From Antedon mediterranea (Eukaryota > Animalia > Echinodermata): a stretch of 64,000 nucleotides of DNA. A program made the translations under genes and the position numbers. The stretch spans positions 23,454,871-23,518,870 of the forward strand of contig NC_092676.1 in assembly GCF_964355755.1 (NCBI RefSeq), in the 5' to 3' direction. Below, piece by piece: positions 1 through 13,110 of the stretch (position 1 is the first letter of the stretch; each line of letters opens with the position of its first letter). The notes below the pieces were generated by a model. It searched no databases. It saw only the letters and a program-made list of their open reading frames with translations, and had not been told where the DNA came from.

Positions 1-1521
1 TCAATTAGCTAGATAAATGATTTTTTTAAGATATTACATAATAGGCCTGCATTGCCTATAGTATTCCCCAATTTGTCCATGAATAGACTTCGTGCGTGTG
101 TGTATCAAAAGAATATTATAAATCGTGAATTATGCCGTAGGGTGTTGTTATCATGACAGGCGACATGTGTCGTATTACAATCTCAATTTTTGTGATCAAA
201 TTCTAAATAAAATGATGATAAATAGAATATATTGTAAAACACATGATACTTAATTAATTTTTTCAATGTGGTTTGTATTGTGGCTTAATGACATGCGACC
301 TACAAGTAAATTAAACCAGCTTTGTCTTTGGCTTCGTAGGATGGGAAGTATGTAGGCCTACTTTATGAATTCAATACAAAAACATATAAAAACTAGACAC
401 AGCTTTAAAAGCCTATCATTTAAGCTGTGAACATGAGCGGCGTAATGGATAAGTATGGCACTCCACTGTAAGCGTTGTTTATGAAACGTCAATGAACGCA
501 ACACATGTGACCATTAGTTAAATATTGGCGTTTCATACAAGACGGACGGACGGGCGACATCTGCAGACAGTAAGTTTCTACTTTGTTTTTTAGCATGATT
601 TCAGATAAGAAGTGAATTGCAAAGTAGATTGTTGATAGAAATATCAATATTCTTTACTACAACGACTGTTGTGATAAATCACCAGGCGACACTGTGTGTA
701 CTTACAAGGCCTACTTATCATAATGGATGTAAAAGGACGTGGCTAGAAATTATGTTGAAGTTAACGTATGTTCCTTGTTCCAATAAAATATATACAGATT
801 CTGCATATAACCGTATAGGAATTTAGGTCTATTTTAAACTGTTCTTTCCACAGCAACATTGCATGTCTATGTGGTTTTATGAGGTAAAATGGGGCGAGTT
901 AAACCCAATAAAGAGGAAACCCCCAGGCAGCCTACTGTAGTAATTTGTGTTGTATGGAAATAGGTGAATTTGTATTCATGAATGTTCAAATCAATTTCAA
1001 TTTAAACTTTAAAGGGTTGGATGATATCACGTCAAATCCACCCACGTTTCATTTGCGTCTCATTCTGGGTGTTTTACTTCTACTGATGATAAGTTGACTG
1101 TTCGTTCGCTAAGTATACGTGCGAGTAACACTTACAGTAAACAAAAAAAAAATCACTAAATCCTTTCGTTTTTATATCGCAATGACAGCTAAGTATGTTG
1201 CGTTTTCTGTATTGTCTGTAAAAATTAATCTATCATAAGAGTGAGCTACCGTCTGCATTATACATTAGTGCCATATAAAACAGCTTGTGTTTGTTTGCAT
1301 AATTTGATGTAATAGAAAGTTAGCAAAAAGAAGAAAGATGGAACGCACTAAATTTAAATCAGGGATTCAGTCACAATATGTCCGTCCGACGGGGCGTTTC
1401 TGTAACACTCTCTTGAATTAGAACTGATGACGTAATGTATATAGCAACACGAACACTTTCTTACATTTGCTTACTGGTTCTATGTACATATTATGTGGTC
1501 AGCAGCTATCACAACAAAAAC

Positions 1522-2288
1522 TTCATCCATGAGCAGATGTATATTACGGTCATTGCTTTGTACTGCGGTAGGGCCTATAATGCTTGGTTCCCACTAGAGA
1601 CGCAACACAAGGACGTAACGTAACGCAAGTAAATTGACCAATCACAAGCGATGGCTTAAGCTTGGTTCCCACTAGAACGTAACGCAAGGACGTAAACGCA
1701 ACGCAAGCGTTTTAACCAATGGCAAGCGAAGTTATAGACAGTTAGCAATCACAAGCGAATAAGCCATCGCTTGTGATTGGTCAATTCACTTGCGTTGCGT
1801 TACGTCCTTGCGTTGCGTCGCTAGTGAGAACCACGCTTTATTCGCTTGTGATTGCTAACTGTCTATAACTTCGCTTTTCATTGCTTGCATTGCATTTACG
1901 TCCTTACGTTACGTTCTAGTGGGAACCAAGCTTTAGGGATTTGACCAATTACAAGCGATGAATTATTCGAACTGTCGCTTGTCATTGGTCAACTCGCATG
2001 CGTTGCGTATATGTCCTAACGTTGCGTCCAAGTGGGAACCAAGCTTTCGATTTGCGAGGACTTCGGATCTAGTTACGTCATGTTATGGTTGTACGCATGC
2101 GATGACTTAAGCTTGGTTCCCACTAGAACGTAACGCAAGGACGTAAACGCAACGCAAGTGAATTGACCAATCACAAGCGATGGCTTATTCGCTTGTGATT
2201 GCTAACTGTCTATAACTTCGCTTGTCATTGGTTAAAACGCTTGCGTTGCGTTTACGTCCTTGCGTTACGTTCTAGTGGGAACCAAGCT
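1522..2288. mobile_element. Cluster of about 5 full or partial copies of MITE family A (Harbinger/Tourist-like)
   Basis: TIR agcttggttcccactag...ctagtgggaaccaagct with TTA/TAA flanks. Complete copy at 2110-2288. Other copies at 6557-6696, about 22430-22490, 32563-32716, 50411-50441 and 62463-62640. Confidence 0.85.
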
Positions 2289-3067
2289 TTAGGAAGTAAC
2301 TTTGCTTGCTCGATTCTTTGACAGTTGTTAGGTCCAGGCGAAGACCAATACCACAATACGTGTAGACCGTAGGCCTAGTTCGTCGTAATAAATCGTTGGT
2401 CCTCTAATCATTGCGTGAACGCAGACGTGTAGCAGCTCACTCACTTGCTGACAACACTTTTTTTATGAGTACAGTAGGCCTAGGTCTTTTTCAATTACAT
2501 TGAAAAAAAAAACACTTTTCACTATATGCAAATACTATATATATATATCAATCCATTTATTCATATTCCATATGAATATTGCTAATTACTATCTTTGTTT
2601 CTTAGTTAGTCATCCGCGAGTGGGAGTTAGTGAGCTATAAACGTACTACTGTATCTGTATTGAGAATTGGAACATCTATTGAGAATTGGAACAGCCAATG
2701 GGATATTCAATTGCCTGGATAATTATATTAATTTATTTTGATCCATTGGCGTGCCGTGTAAACTCCATAACAAAGTATAATGTACTAAGTGGTAGTAATG
2801 GTTTTATGAAAGTACATGATTGAGTTAAAGTTAAAAGTAGAATTTGAATTGTTTAAAAGTGTTTGCAGACGACGGTTCTAGCATAACATCCAAACATGAG
2901 AAGTGCTCAATAATTTCAAATTTTATTTTGGGCTTTAGGCCTACTAATAATATATTATAGGATTAATTAAATAAAAATATTATCAGATTAATACGTATTG
3001 ATAAGTTGATTATAGTCAAGATATTGTAGGCATAATACACAGTAGGCCTATTGATAATCGTCACGTG

Positions 3068-3374
3068 AATCCCCAACGCGTTCCTCAAAGCGTCATCTAT
3101 TATATCGCATTTCCTGATCCTCTCACCATATTATTGATTAATGTTGTTTTGCAAGCTCCTGATGTCTTCTTTTGGAAGTATGTCTTATGTTATACATTAC
3201 ACTCGATAAAGAATCCCCAACGCGTTCCTCAACTCGTCATCTATTATATCGCGTTGCCTGATCCTCTCGACATACATTACACTCGATAAAGACTCCCCAA
3301 CGCGTTCCTTCAAAGCGTCATCTATTATATCGCGTTGCCTCTTATCCTCTCGACATACATTACACTCGATAAAG
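3068..3374. repeat. Tandem repeat, unit about 80 bp, 3 copies
   Basis: atccccaacgcgttcctcaa..cgtcatctattatatcgc..cctgatcctctc...tacattacactcgataaag at 3068, 3212 and 3292. Confidence 0.85.
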
Positions 3375-4415
3375 AGTAATTTCTGAATATCAAATTATTT
3401 ATTATTCAGGACTTGTCATTTCAAACACATATTTGTAAGATATTGATAAATATCTACGTTACATTTTTTTGCCTTTGAAACGAATTTTAATATGAGAAAA
3501 TATTATCATCATCGCTTCTATCATTGTCATAGTTATATCGGTAACTTCATCGTAATCATCACAGTTACTAGCCCTCCCCTCCATACTAATGTGTGTATTA
3601 GGTCTACCATATGCATATACTATAATACTCTGTTAAAAAGTTTGTGCCACAAAGGCTTTCAAACCGTTCCATGGTAGGCCTATAATAATTTCAGTATCAA
3701 CATTTATATTTTTAATCAATATTTTCTCTTTTATGAATTTGGTGAAATTGGGCGATGAAGGAATCTCGTAAAATGAATTGAACTATTAAACCGAAGAAAA
3801 AAAACCCCGATACACTGCAAAAACTGCAGGTATACGAGTGACATCGATATAAAAAGCTGTGTAAACCATCATATACATACGGTCGATTAAGGCAATTTAA
3901 ATTCGTGTACTATTACCAAGTTTAAGACAGAATTAGAATCTTTATATTGATTTCCTCTGACATTTATCATAAAGCCTAGTCCCAACTTCCTTTGACGTCT
4001 GGAAAGATCAAATGTTGTATTGAGTATTTATAGGACATCTTTATCTATATGTCACTTTCCTAAAGTAACTCCAAAATAGTCAATAAGGGTAAAATTGTTA
4101 AATCTCTTTAATGTTGTGATCTTTGTTTATGTTTTTGTTGTTTATTTGAATACATTTTATAGTTTATTATGTTTAGATTCAAGCTGTTCGTGGCGGTTTC
4201 ATCGCTGTTGGTTGACAAAAAAAAATAAAAATATTGTGTTGTTTAGATAATTATTGCTTTATCGTAGTAAATTATGTAATACACCAAATGTCACATGATT
4301 CAATATTGTTTGACATTGTTGTTGAATAGGGTATTGTAATGAATATAAATTATGTTAATTAATCAATTTCAGGACCGAAGAAGTAACACACTCCTGGTAA
4401 AATATTGTTTGAAAC

Positions 4416-7400
4416 ATGGGCGATAACTATTTGACAACCGAGTACCTCTTGGACCCAGCGAATACTACCAACGCACCAGATGGCGAAGTGTGTTCTTCAT
4501 GGCGTTCCTTGCACGGAGGACTTTTCCAGCTTTCTCAACTACTCTTCCTCCTAGGCTATTGCGCCCCTGTATCTGGATACGCTGCCGTCTTTGTCATGCA
4601 TATCCTCATCTCTTTGGGGTTCCTCTTAATGGGCGCCTGGGGCTGGATTTACGTCTGTGCCTTTGATATTTTCATGTGGTGCCTTACATTAACTATTTTG
4701 AATATGTGCCATGCGGCTTGCGCAGGCTACTTCATTCGACCAGTCAAACTAACGCAGGAGGAAAAGGATCTCTACGTACGAGTCTTCAAACCGTTCAACA
4801 TTCCTATGCATATATTTCAACAGCTTTGCGGAATCGGAAAAATTTACTCTCTTAAAATTGGAGAACATTACGCGACGGAAAAACGAACAGGAAGTAACCG
4901 ACTAGGAATGATCATTTATGGAAAGTAAGTTGAATTCATTCTAACATTAGACTAATAGTAATACAGTAGAATCCATCCTATATTAAGAAGACACCCCAAG
5001 GGCCGGGACACCCCAAGGGCTGGGACACCCCAAGGGCCGGGACACCCCAAGGGCCGGGACACCCCAAGGGCCGGGACACACCAAGGGCCGGGACACCCCA
5101 AGGGCCGGGACACCCCAAGGGCCGGGACACCCCAAGGGCCGGGACACCCCAAGGGCCGGGACACCCCTAGGGCCGGGACACCCCAAGGGCCGGGACCCCA
5201 AGGGCCGGGACACCTCATGGGCCGGGACACCTTCCCGTGAAACGATAGGGGTATGTGTTTTAACACACGTGACTATACTATCTACGCCAAACCTCTATTT
5301 GGGAGACACACCTATTAAAAGAACATTTTTCGTGAAATAAACGAGGTTCAATATGTTAAGTTTTAACTAACACTACGCCAAACGCTATTCTGGAGACACC
5401 TCTATTAAAGGGACATTTTCCAGTGAAACAACGAATGGTAATGTACTTACGCCAAACCGCTATGTTTTAACACTACGCCAAACTTCTATTCAGTATTTAT
5501 TCTATTAGGCCTAAAGGGACATTTTCAGTAAAACGAATGATGGGTAACATTATGTTCTATACACTTTTAAGGAACAAACACTTTTAAGGGGACACCACCC
5601 ATTTGTCCGCTTAAAACTTTTAAGAGGAAAAAAGAATTGTAATTTGTAAATGATAATATCTGTGGCCACCAAGATTTTATAATTTTATTACAAACGTTTA
5701 GATTTGTACGGCACTCTATTAGTGACAAAAAAAAATCAGTGGATTTTTTAGTATAGCACGAACCGTTAATGCAGTTTTTATAATGGAATGTTATATATTG
5801 ATTTTCTTGTTATCTTGTAATTGGCCAGTATAAATTCAACATATAATTTAAAAGCACCAAAATATTCCAAAAAATCAAAATTCCAATGGATATAAAACCG
5901 TTTTTTGATCAAATTGGTCACACGGGGATTGGTATGTTTTATTTCATCATAAGTAGGTCATTTTTAATTAATGTTAAGCTTGTTGTGTTTAATGTCATTG
6001 ACTCGGAAAAAAAAGAAGCATTTATGTGACGTCATGAAATCTGAATGCTTAAATGCGCTTCGTGCGTGGCAATCGACACACTTTAATTCAACCGTTAATC
6101 AGGATTTGTGTAGAATTTTCAAACCAAAATAAATTATTTTTAATTATCATTCCTTATAAGTAATTAATTGAGTACCATCATTATATTGTTAAAGTAATAA
6201 TAATAAAGTTTATAGTATTACATTAATGCTTATATTATTAAGTAATTTAGTAATTATTTAAGTATTTATTATTATTTAAGTGTTTATTTAAATAATTATT
6301 AAAGTAATTTGAATAATCTAGGCAATTACTTATTTTAACTGTCTCCTCAAATTCCTTTTAAAATGATTTATGGTTAAGATATACAGGTTTTTCCAATCTT
6401 GGCATTTTAATATGTAGCAAGTTCGAAGTTATTAATGTATTTCTTATATTCATATAGTAGAACTTCTATTAAGGGGACATCTTTTGGTTTCATAAAAGTG
6501 TCTTCTGAATAGTGGTGTCTCAAAGAAGATGTTCTACTTCATTCGGATTTAATTATGCTTGGTTCCCACTATAGAGACGCAGCAACACAAGGACGTAACG
6601 TAACGAATTGACCAATTACAAGCGATGGATTATTCGAACTGGCGCTTACCATTGGTCAACTCGCTTGCGTGTGCGTCTCTAAGTGGGAACCAAGCTCAAC
6701 AACTATAACAACAATTACCTTTGCACTCTAGGGTGAAAGTATTCCACCAGGGACAATTCCTTCATCATATTCAGGAGAGCGAATTCCTTGACTCGCCCGA
6801 GTGGGAATCTTACTCGAGTGAAAGTGACGTCTTCCAGGTTAGAATTTTTTTTGTTCGCAGGTCTAGTCTGCTTTGGTTTGAACGCCTTTTTTAGTGACGC
6901 GAGCACCTTTTAATAATAATCAGTTTGTTACTGTATTTCGAATGTTAACGACCTGAACCACAACACGTTTACTTAATGTTTAAACGCAATGTTTACTTTT
7001 CTTAATAAAAATATTATTTGAACATTGACGGTTTAAAAGAAAAGAAATGCATTCATATGTAAATGGCAAGGTCTTTTTTTGTATACTGTAATTATGTATA
7101 TTGCATATTCTGTCATATCGATCGGTTTATAACTATGTAAATGATGATGCGAAATCAAAATGTTAAACATTGTATTTCCAATGCTAAACGTGATTTTATA
7201 GATTTTATCAATTTACATTTCGTTTTTATGTTCATGATTCGCAAGTATGGTGATATTTAGGATGATTGTTGATACATTATAATGAATTAGTGTGAAAGTG
7301 ATGGCGGGGGACAAACTGTCGTTTAATGATAGGGAGTCTGCATAGCAAGCAGAAGACCCGAGTTGGAGTTTCTGTTGCTACGAATTTTACAGATTTTGAC

Positions 7401-7830
7401 TCCCAATACTAGTAGGAAAGGTTTCTACCACCCATTGCATGATGCAACATTTTCATCGTTTCTCTCGGATATCACAGCTGTTTTTCAGGGGAATAATGTT
7501 TCGATCTTTCACTCTAAATAGGTAACAATGACTGCATCCTCATACTGCCGCTATATCATCTGGCCGAGAGAAGGGCTACTCGAAGTTCTAAAAACTCAGC
7601 CGTACTTGGAATGTGTCTTCAACAACCTAATCGGAAATGACATCGCCACTAAACTATGCCAATTGAATGAGCGCAATGTGGTAAAGGGGGCACCCAAACC
7701 AGACATCAGGTTGCCGAACGTCATCCAGAGACCGGCAAACCGCTACAATATGAAAGGTCAGTCAGGGACAGTCGCTGTATGCGGCGCTGCTATACCAATG
7801 GGCCTAACAGGTGAATACAGCATGAGCTAG
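4416..7830 (+). CDS. POPDC3: Popeye domain-containing protein, POPDC2/POPDC3-like (3 TM helices plus cAMP-binding Popeye domain)
   Basis: Exons 4416-4924 (donor aa|gtaagt), 6732-6837 (KVKVFHQGQFLHHIQESEFLDSPEWESYSSESDVFQ) and 7522-7830 (VTMTASSYCRYIIW...LIGNDIATKLCQLNER). Phases join in frame to about 307 aa. DSPE and FQVT phosphate-binding-cassette motifs are present. Acceptor tttcag at 4371-4372 lies upstream of the ATG. A further 3' exon (donor at 7811) cannot be excluded. Paralog identity is by recalled similarity. Confidence 0.88.
4990..5232. repeat. 17-bp GC-rich minisatellite (gacaccccaagggccgg), about 14 copies, inside a family F MITE
   Basis: Visible tandem unit, preceded by tacagtagaa...tattaagaagacacc. 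It explains the spurious ORFs 4952-5266 and 4983-5213. Confidence 0.95.
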
Positions 7831-9662
7831 GTTCAGTGCCTAGCCTATGTAGTTCATCCCGGAATCCTTAGTGACCTTGTGCTGCCATAGTTTAATCTTG
7901 TCTTTCTGCCATCACTGTCTCTGTTAGCCGTCCTAATACGAAGTTTTATTCCGCATACTATTTTAGCTTGTTGTAGAAAAGTTTCCTAAAAAACTTTTAT
8001 GTCAAGTCTTCTCAAATGTTTTTTCTCCGCCAATTTTTATTTCGGTACGTTACTAATCAGCATCTTCGCTAATAATAATTCTCCAAACATGCTCATGGCG
8101 CTATCTCTCTGCCATTCTATTTCCTTCATCTACCGTATTAGTTGATAGTATATCATAATCGTCGTACTACATATTTTTACCATTCCACAGCCAACCGTGT
8201 CTCCTTTATATCACGTAGTGTTTAGCAGCTATTTGATAGATGGTAGTTTTGTTTCCTTTGACGTCCCATAGCCATTCTATCCACTTATTTTTCAACATAC
8301 AGTACTGTAAATTGATTGATGTACCGTAGCGCTGTAGTTATAGAGCATTTAATTTCAGATCAGCATCGGAAGATGGAACGTATTTGGCCTTGCTTATTTC
8401 CGAGTTCTCGTGAGCTGGTTAAAGCTAATACACAAACTAATCAAAACAAAATGTACTAAAATCACAGAAAAATACACCACGAAACATTGACAGGAACACA
8501 AATACATTCAAAAGTGTATTAAAACAAAGAAAGTTAATCGGCAGCGATGTTTCTTTCGCTTTAAATAACCATTTTTCAACTTCTATTTCTAAAGGTACTA
8601 GGTAACTGAGTTTTATGAAGAATCGGTTCGTGTCAACATGACATATCTACTCAGTCAAAAAATTCGTCGAAGATGACAGGCAGCCTTTTTGGCAATCGAC
8701 TGATGGTAATGAAGACTTCGAACCAGACAGAGATGAAAAGATCAGGAACACAACAATACAAATGAGAATACAGCTGAGGCCTATTTAAAAAATAATGCCA
8801 CCTTTTGTTTGTTTCATTACGGCTATTATTGTGTCTAAACTCTCGCGGAAGGAATCAAACGCCAACTTTGAGCATTATGACGTCACCAAAATTAATCTTG
8901 AATCTCAAATCTAATAATCAAAATTTGATTGTGGTTTTTTTTTTTATTTTTGCTGTGCACATTGAAGTGATGATAATTGTTTACTCGTTACGATGGTTAC
9001 GTATGATTTGGAAAGATCATTCCAATAAAACTATTCTTGTGATAAATGCGTCACAAATTCTGCTGCTTCCTATCACAACACTCATAAATCATAATAAAAG
9101 ATGATAATTAAACTCCGACGATTAACCAAATATAAATAGCAATTTACTTAAATTACAAGGCTTAACAGTTTATGACGTCATTTAAAGTAATTTCCATAAT
9201 TAGATAGCTTTTATAAGTTAGGCCTAGATTAGAACATATGAACCAAGTGAAATACAATATAAATCGATTATTCCCAGAAAACCAATCACCTTTGTTTTGT
9301 ATATATCCATTTTTTCAACATCACATATTTTACGCGCGCGTAACACTATTAGCATTCTTTGAACGCGCGCGTCAGATTATATTAGCCTATGAGGTGATTT
9401 CCAATATATATAATATAGGTCTATATAGTGTTTTTTAAACTACATACGTATATTATCGAAGTACAGTATTTTAAGAATCTGTGATATTGCTGCAACATTC
9501 CTATTGTGTGTCCGTTCATTTTATTTTATATCCCCAGTTAACGACTTTTCTACATATCTAGTGTTTAAAGAGCTGTTTTAGAACGCAAATGTATAGCCAA
9601 CGAACATATTATTATTGCCTCATAATAAATACTATCTGTTTGTATATCCTTCAAACCGAGTA

Positions 9663-10049
9663 TTTTCACGCTGCTGCTCTAGCCCGCTACGTCACACGAG
9701 ATGACTCATTCATTAGATGAAATCAAGCAGCAGTATAGTACTACACTTTGACCTTTTTTGTTAAAATTGAAACTCGACTATAATTTATAGGTACCACCTG
9801 TTGAATCCAAAAAACGGCTGGGAAAAGAGTCTAATGACAAATCCCAAAGCATTTCTGGTAATTATGAGTCCCATGATATTACTATAATTCACTGTCAGAT
9901 AATCATTGAATTATTATCAAAACAGTCCATTGAAGTTTTTGTTTGTAATAGGATACTTGAAGTATCTAGCCTTGATGAAGTGACCCCCAGACTTGACCTT
10001 AGCAATAACAATAAGCAAGCAGCGTTTTTTGTAAGAAATATTCTTGTTT
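9663..10049 (+). mobile_element. Helentron/DINE-1-like element, shorter copy
   Basis: Colinear with 26737-27370 (ttttcacgctgctgctctagcc, tgggaaaagagtcta, cccaaagcatttctggta, tgatgaagtgacccccagactt, gcagcgttttttgta) but lacks an internal segment of about 210 bp. Confidence 0.7.
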
Positions 10050-10726
10050 ACAATAGGCCTATTACAATCTTTGATAATAAGAAGAAGATATAGAATATTA
10101 TTCCGTTTGCATATGATTAAACAGCAACATTATTATTATGACATTGTAATAAAATTGGTTCCAACTATACGTTTACGCGTGCGCACCAAATGATATCCAC
10201 TACTGAGTGTACTATTTTCTAAATAGACATAAATAAATATTACATTATCGTAAGCGCATTAAATATTATAATATATTTACATAAAACAAATCACCTTTGA
10301 TCTCTCAATTCAGCTGCTATGTCTCGGGTATCAATTAGGTTACGGGCTATTATCAGACTTATTACTTATTGCAGTTGTTGATTGCCCTGGTAACCGAGAT
10401 CTTTAATAAGCTCAAATTGCAAATCTACAAGTACAATACCTAAACAAATTAATTGATTTTGCAATTAATATATCTTGCAAAGCGCTAACGTATAGATCAC
10501 ATTAAATTAACTAAATTTAAGACCTCTTCACATTGATTTTTTTTTTCAATTATTTCTGACGTGAATGAAAGAAGAAAGAGTGAAAAAACGCAAAAAAGAC
10601 TAAAGAAAGAAATCATATGTAAAGAAAAGGTGTCATCACCATCATATATCGCCTAACGCTTAGGCCTAAAGGTTTCTAATAAAATCGCACGGACGAAATA
10701 TAACTTGACAGTTGAGCGCGTCTGAT

Positions 10727-10931
10727 CAAGGCAATCTAACAACATGCTGAGTTACGGAGGATCAAAAGGTTTATCCGTGGCTGTGACACGATCACTTCCA
10801 CGCCGCGCGCCGCGGAGAATATACTGTTTGTATACAGTATGTGTCGTAGCGTATAGGGCCCAGACCAAAGGACTGTTAAGAGTTCTTATCTTGGCAAAGC
10901 GAGCTCCGTGTCCTGTTGTTAGATTGACTTG
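10727..10931. mobile_element. MITE-like family E; diverged second copy at about 43391-43612 in BDH2 intron 2
   Basis: Inverted termini caaggcaatctaacaaca / tgttgttagattgacttg. Internal blocks (gatcaaa.ggtttatc.gtggctg, caaaggactgtta, cttggcaa.gcgagc) are shared between the copies. Confidence 0.7.
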
Positions 10932-12527
10932 GTCTGATGTGTAATGAAAAAAGTTCCTAATTCCCATGGTATCACAATTACATTTCTACAAAGAGACATT
11001 CAAGTATATAAATCGATTGTTCACAAGAATGTCGTTGGTGTGCTCTAAAAAAGTATGATATCTGCAAAAAAATGATAATAGATTGTTTGCGCGTACTCAT
11101 GGTGCGCGTACTCGTTACGATTGAGGAAGGATGGTGCATCACGTGGTTATATAACGGTAATTCCACACAGCCGCGTAATTCAAATGAGTTAAAACACACG
11201 TGGATCAACATGAGTTCAATATCAACTTTCATACAAATAGTTATTGTCTTTTTTAGGTAGATATAAATTATTTAGGAGGACCTTTTGTAAAATATATAAA
11301 TAAATAAATAAATAAAGGAAACCGATTTAATATTATATGAACCTCAAAGCTTATGTGACATTTATAAAGGTGTTTGTAATTAATGTTGAAGTTAATCTTT
11401 GTATTTTTTATTACAAAGCTTCCACCTAATATTATAAAACCGATTTAAATAGTAATCTGCTATGACATGGGTAATTTTATGTTACTTATCGAAGACGTAC
11501 GTTTTTACAGTATTGATATTTTGTCATAATTGAAACGAACGATTGAATATTCAATCGTTTTCGATAATAATTGCAAAATGCTGTTGAAATTAATGATTTT
11601 TAAAGTATTATCCACACGCACTTGATTGGAATATTTTCAATCTTTATATGGATTATAGGCTTACGCCTATATATCTGGTACCAGCTGTCATGTGTATTGC
11701 CTTGTGATAACAGAACCTATTTCAACCATGTTGATTCTATTTTATTAAGTTCACCGTATAAAAAAAATGCAATAATAATGATGATAATTGAAATCAATAA
11801 AGTTTGTAAATAAAAATTACTTGTGTGAATCATATTTTATTAACTGTCATCAGTCGAGAGACATGAAAAAGTGAGTTTGAAATCAAGATGAAGTCGTAGC
11901 TTGCTGATACGTGATTGGTTACCAGCCCCAATGGAAAAATGATGTGTTTTTGTTTTTATGCAATTTGTTCTAATATAAAGCACCACGACCTGTGCAATTT
12001 TAACTCTGGGATTGAAGATTTGAAACACGATATACAGCAATTGCATTGCTCTGGGCCTTTAGCTTATGAGAAAATCTATTAAATGCATAACGAGCTATTT
12101 CAATTAAGCACAACTTATACACAATAAAACTTAATGAAGCCAGACTATGCACAAAACAATTTTAATTTAAAAGTCTAGATTTTTCGTGCTTTAGAATTCT
12201 CATAAAACGGATGTTATATATAGTTATTCAGAAGGTTTGTAATTGGTTTTAGCTATTACATTAAAAAAGATCGAGAACCTCGTACGATGGTTCAAGGCTA
12301 TGTTATACTTTCACATTTTATCCAATACCTTGTCTACCAAAATAAAAACGTTTTACATCTACTTTACTAGATTAATCTAAAAACATAACATTACCCCCTG
12401 ATTATTCTTTGGATTATATATCTTTTGGTTCAAATTTGCATAAACCATGGAGAAATGAATACACGGAGTCTATTCTGCTAATGTTATCATGTTATTATCA
12501 TGTAACACAATGTTTTGCATTCCCTAA

Positions 12528-12680
12528 AGCTCTGTCTACACTATCAAACTAGTTTGACAAAAAATGTGATGTACCGTACTCAAGTATGGTGGTGAAATGC
12601 CCAAATATGACATCATCGTGACCATATATGGCACATGATATTTTGTTTGTCACATAAAGTTTGCTAGTGAAGACAGAGCT
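12528..12680. mobile_element. MITE family B (Harbinger-like), representative copy
   Basis: TIR agctctgtctacactatcaaact...agtttgatagtgtagacagagct with TAA/TTA flanks. Further copies near 22078, 22937, 23220, 31395, 33347, 39198, 39700, 39990, 40673, 55513 and 55868. Confidence 0.85.
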
Positions 12681-12884
12681 TTATACTTCCCAACGCTGCT
12701 ACATTGTATGCGTTATTATCAATGTTAGGCCTATTTAAAGGGTGGCTCCGGGTAGAATACCTATTTGTTTATAAATACAAGGAAACACTATTTTTTATTA
12801 GAAATAGTTACCCTGTTAACGGTTGTAAGTCATTGAAAATCAGTAAGTACATTTGAAAAGTCTTGTAGCAACATTTATTTAAAG

Positions 12885-13110
12885 GTGCTTATTGGACGAT
12901 GCTCGTTCTGCTACACGGTTGACGAAAAATAGTGGGGTTAGTTCCAATGTTGCATATGTTTATTGTAGGCCTATAATAAACAGAAACGTTGATTCTGGTC
13001 GGCGCTGCACTTCTGGCTGCCATTGGTCCGTGAAGGAAGTGAATTTGTTCAGTTTCCAGTTAAGCTTGAGGAGAAATATAAATACCTTTGCCTCTATCTT
13101 CTACAATTTT
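12885..13110 (+). mobile_element. Degenerate SINE sharing its 3' tail with the element at 63426
   Basis: ttccagttaagcttgagga...aaatacctt..cctc occurs at both loci. A weak Deu-like cgaaaaatagtggggtt lies upstream. Confidence 0.5.

Noticed and set aside
480-575. Non-coding first exon of the POPDC3-like gene (donor a|gtaagt at 570)
   Set aside because: Plausible, since an acceptor precedes the ATG at 4416, but a lone donor motif is not sufficient evidence without transcripts.
4952-5266. ORFs with repeated GCPGPWGVPALGVSRPL
   Set aside because: Translation of a 17-bp minisatellite antisense within an intron; no gene context.
6715-6906. Minus-strand 63-aa ORF
   Set aside because: Antisense shadow of the Popdc exon at 6732-6837.
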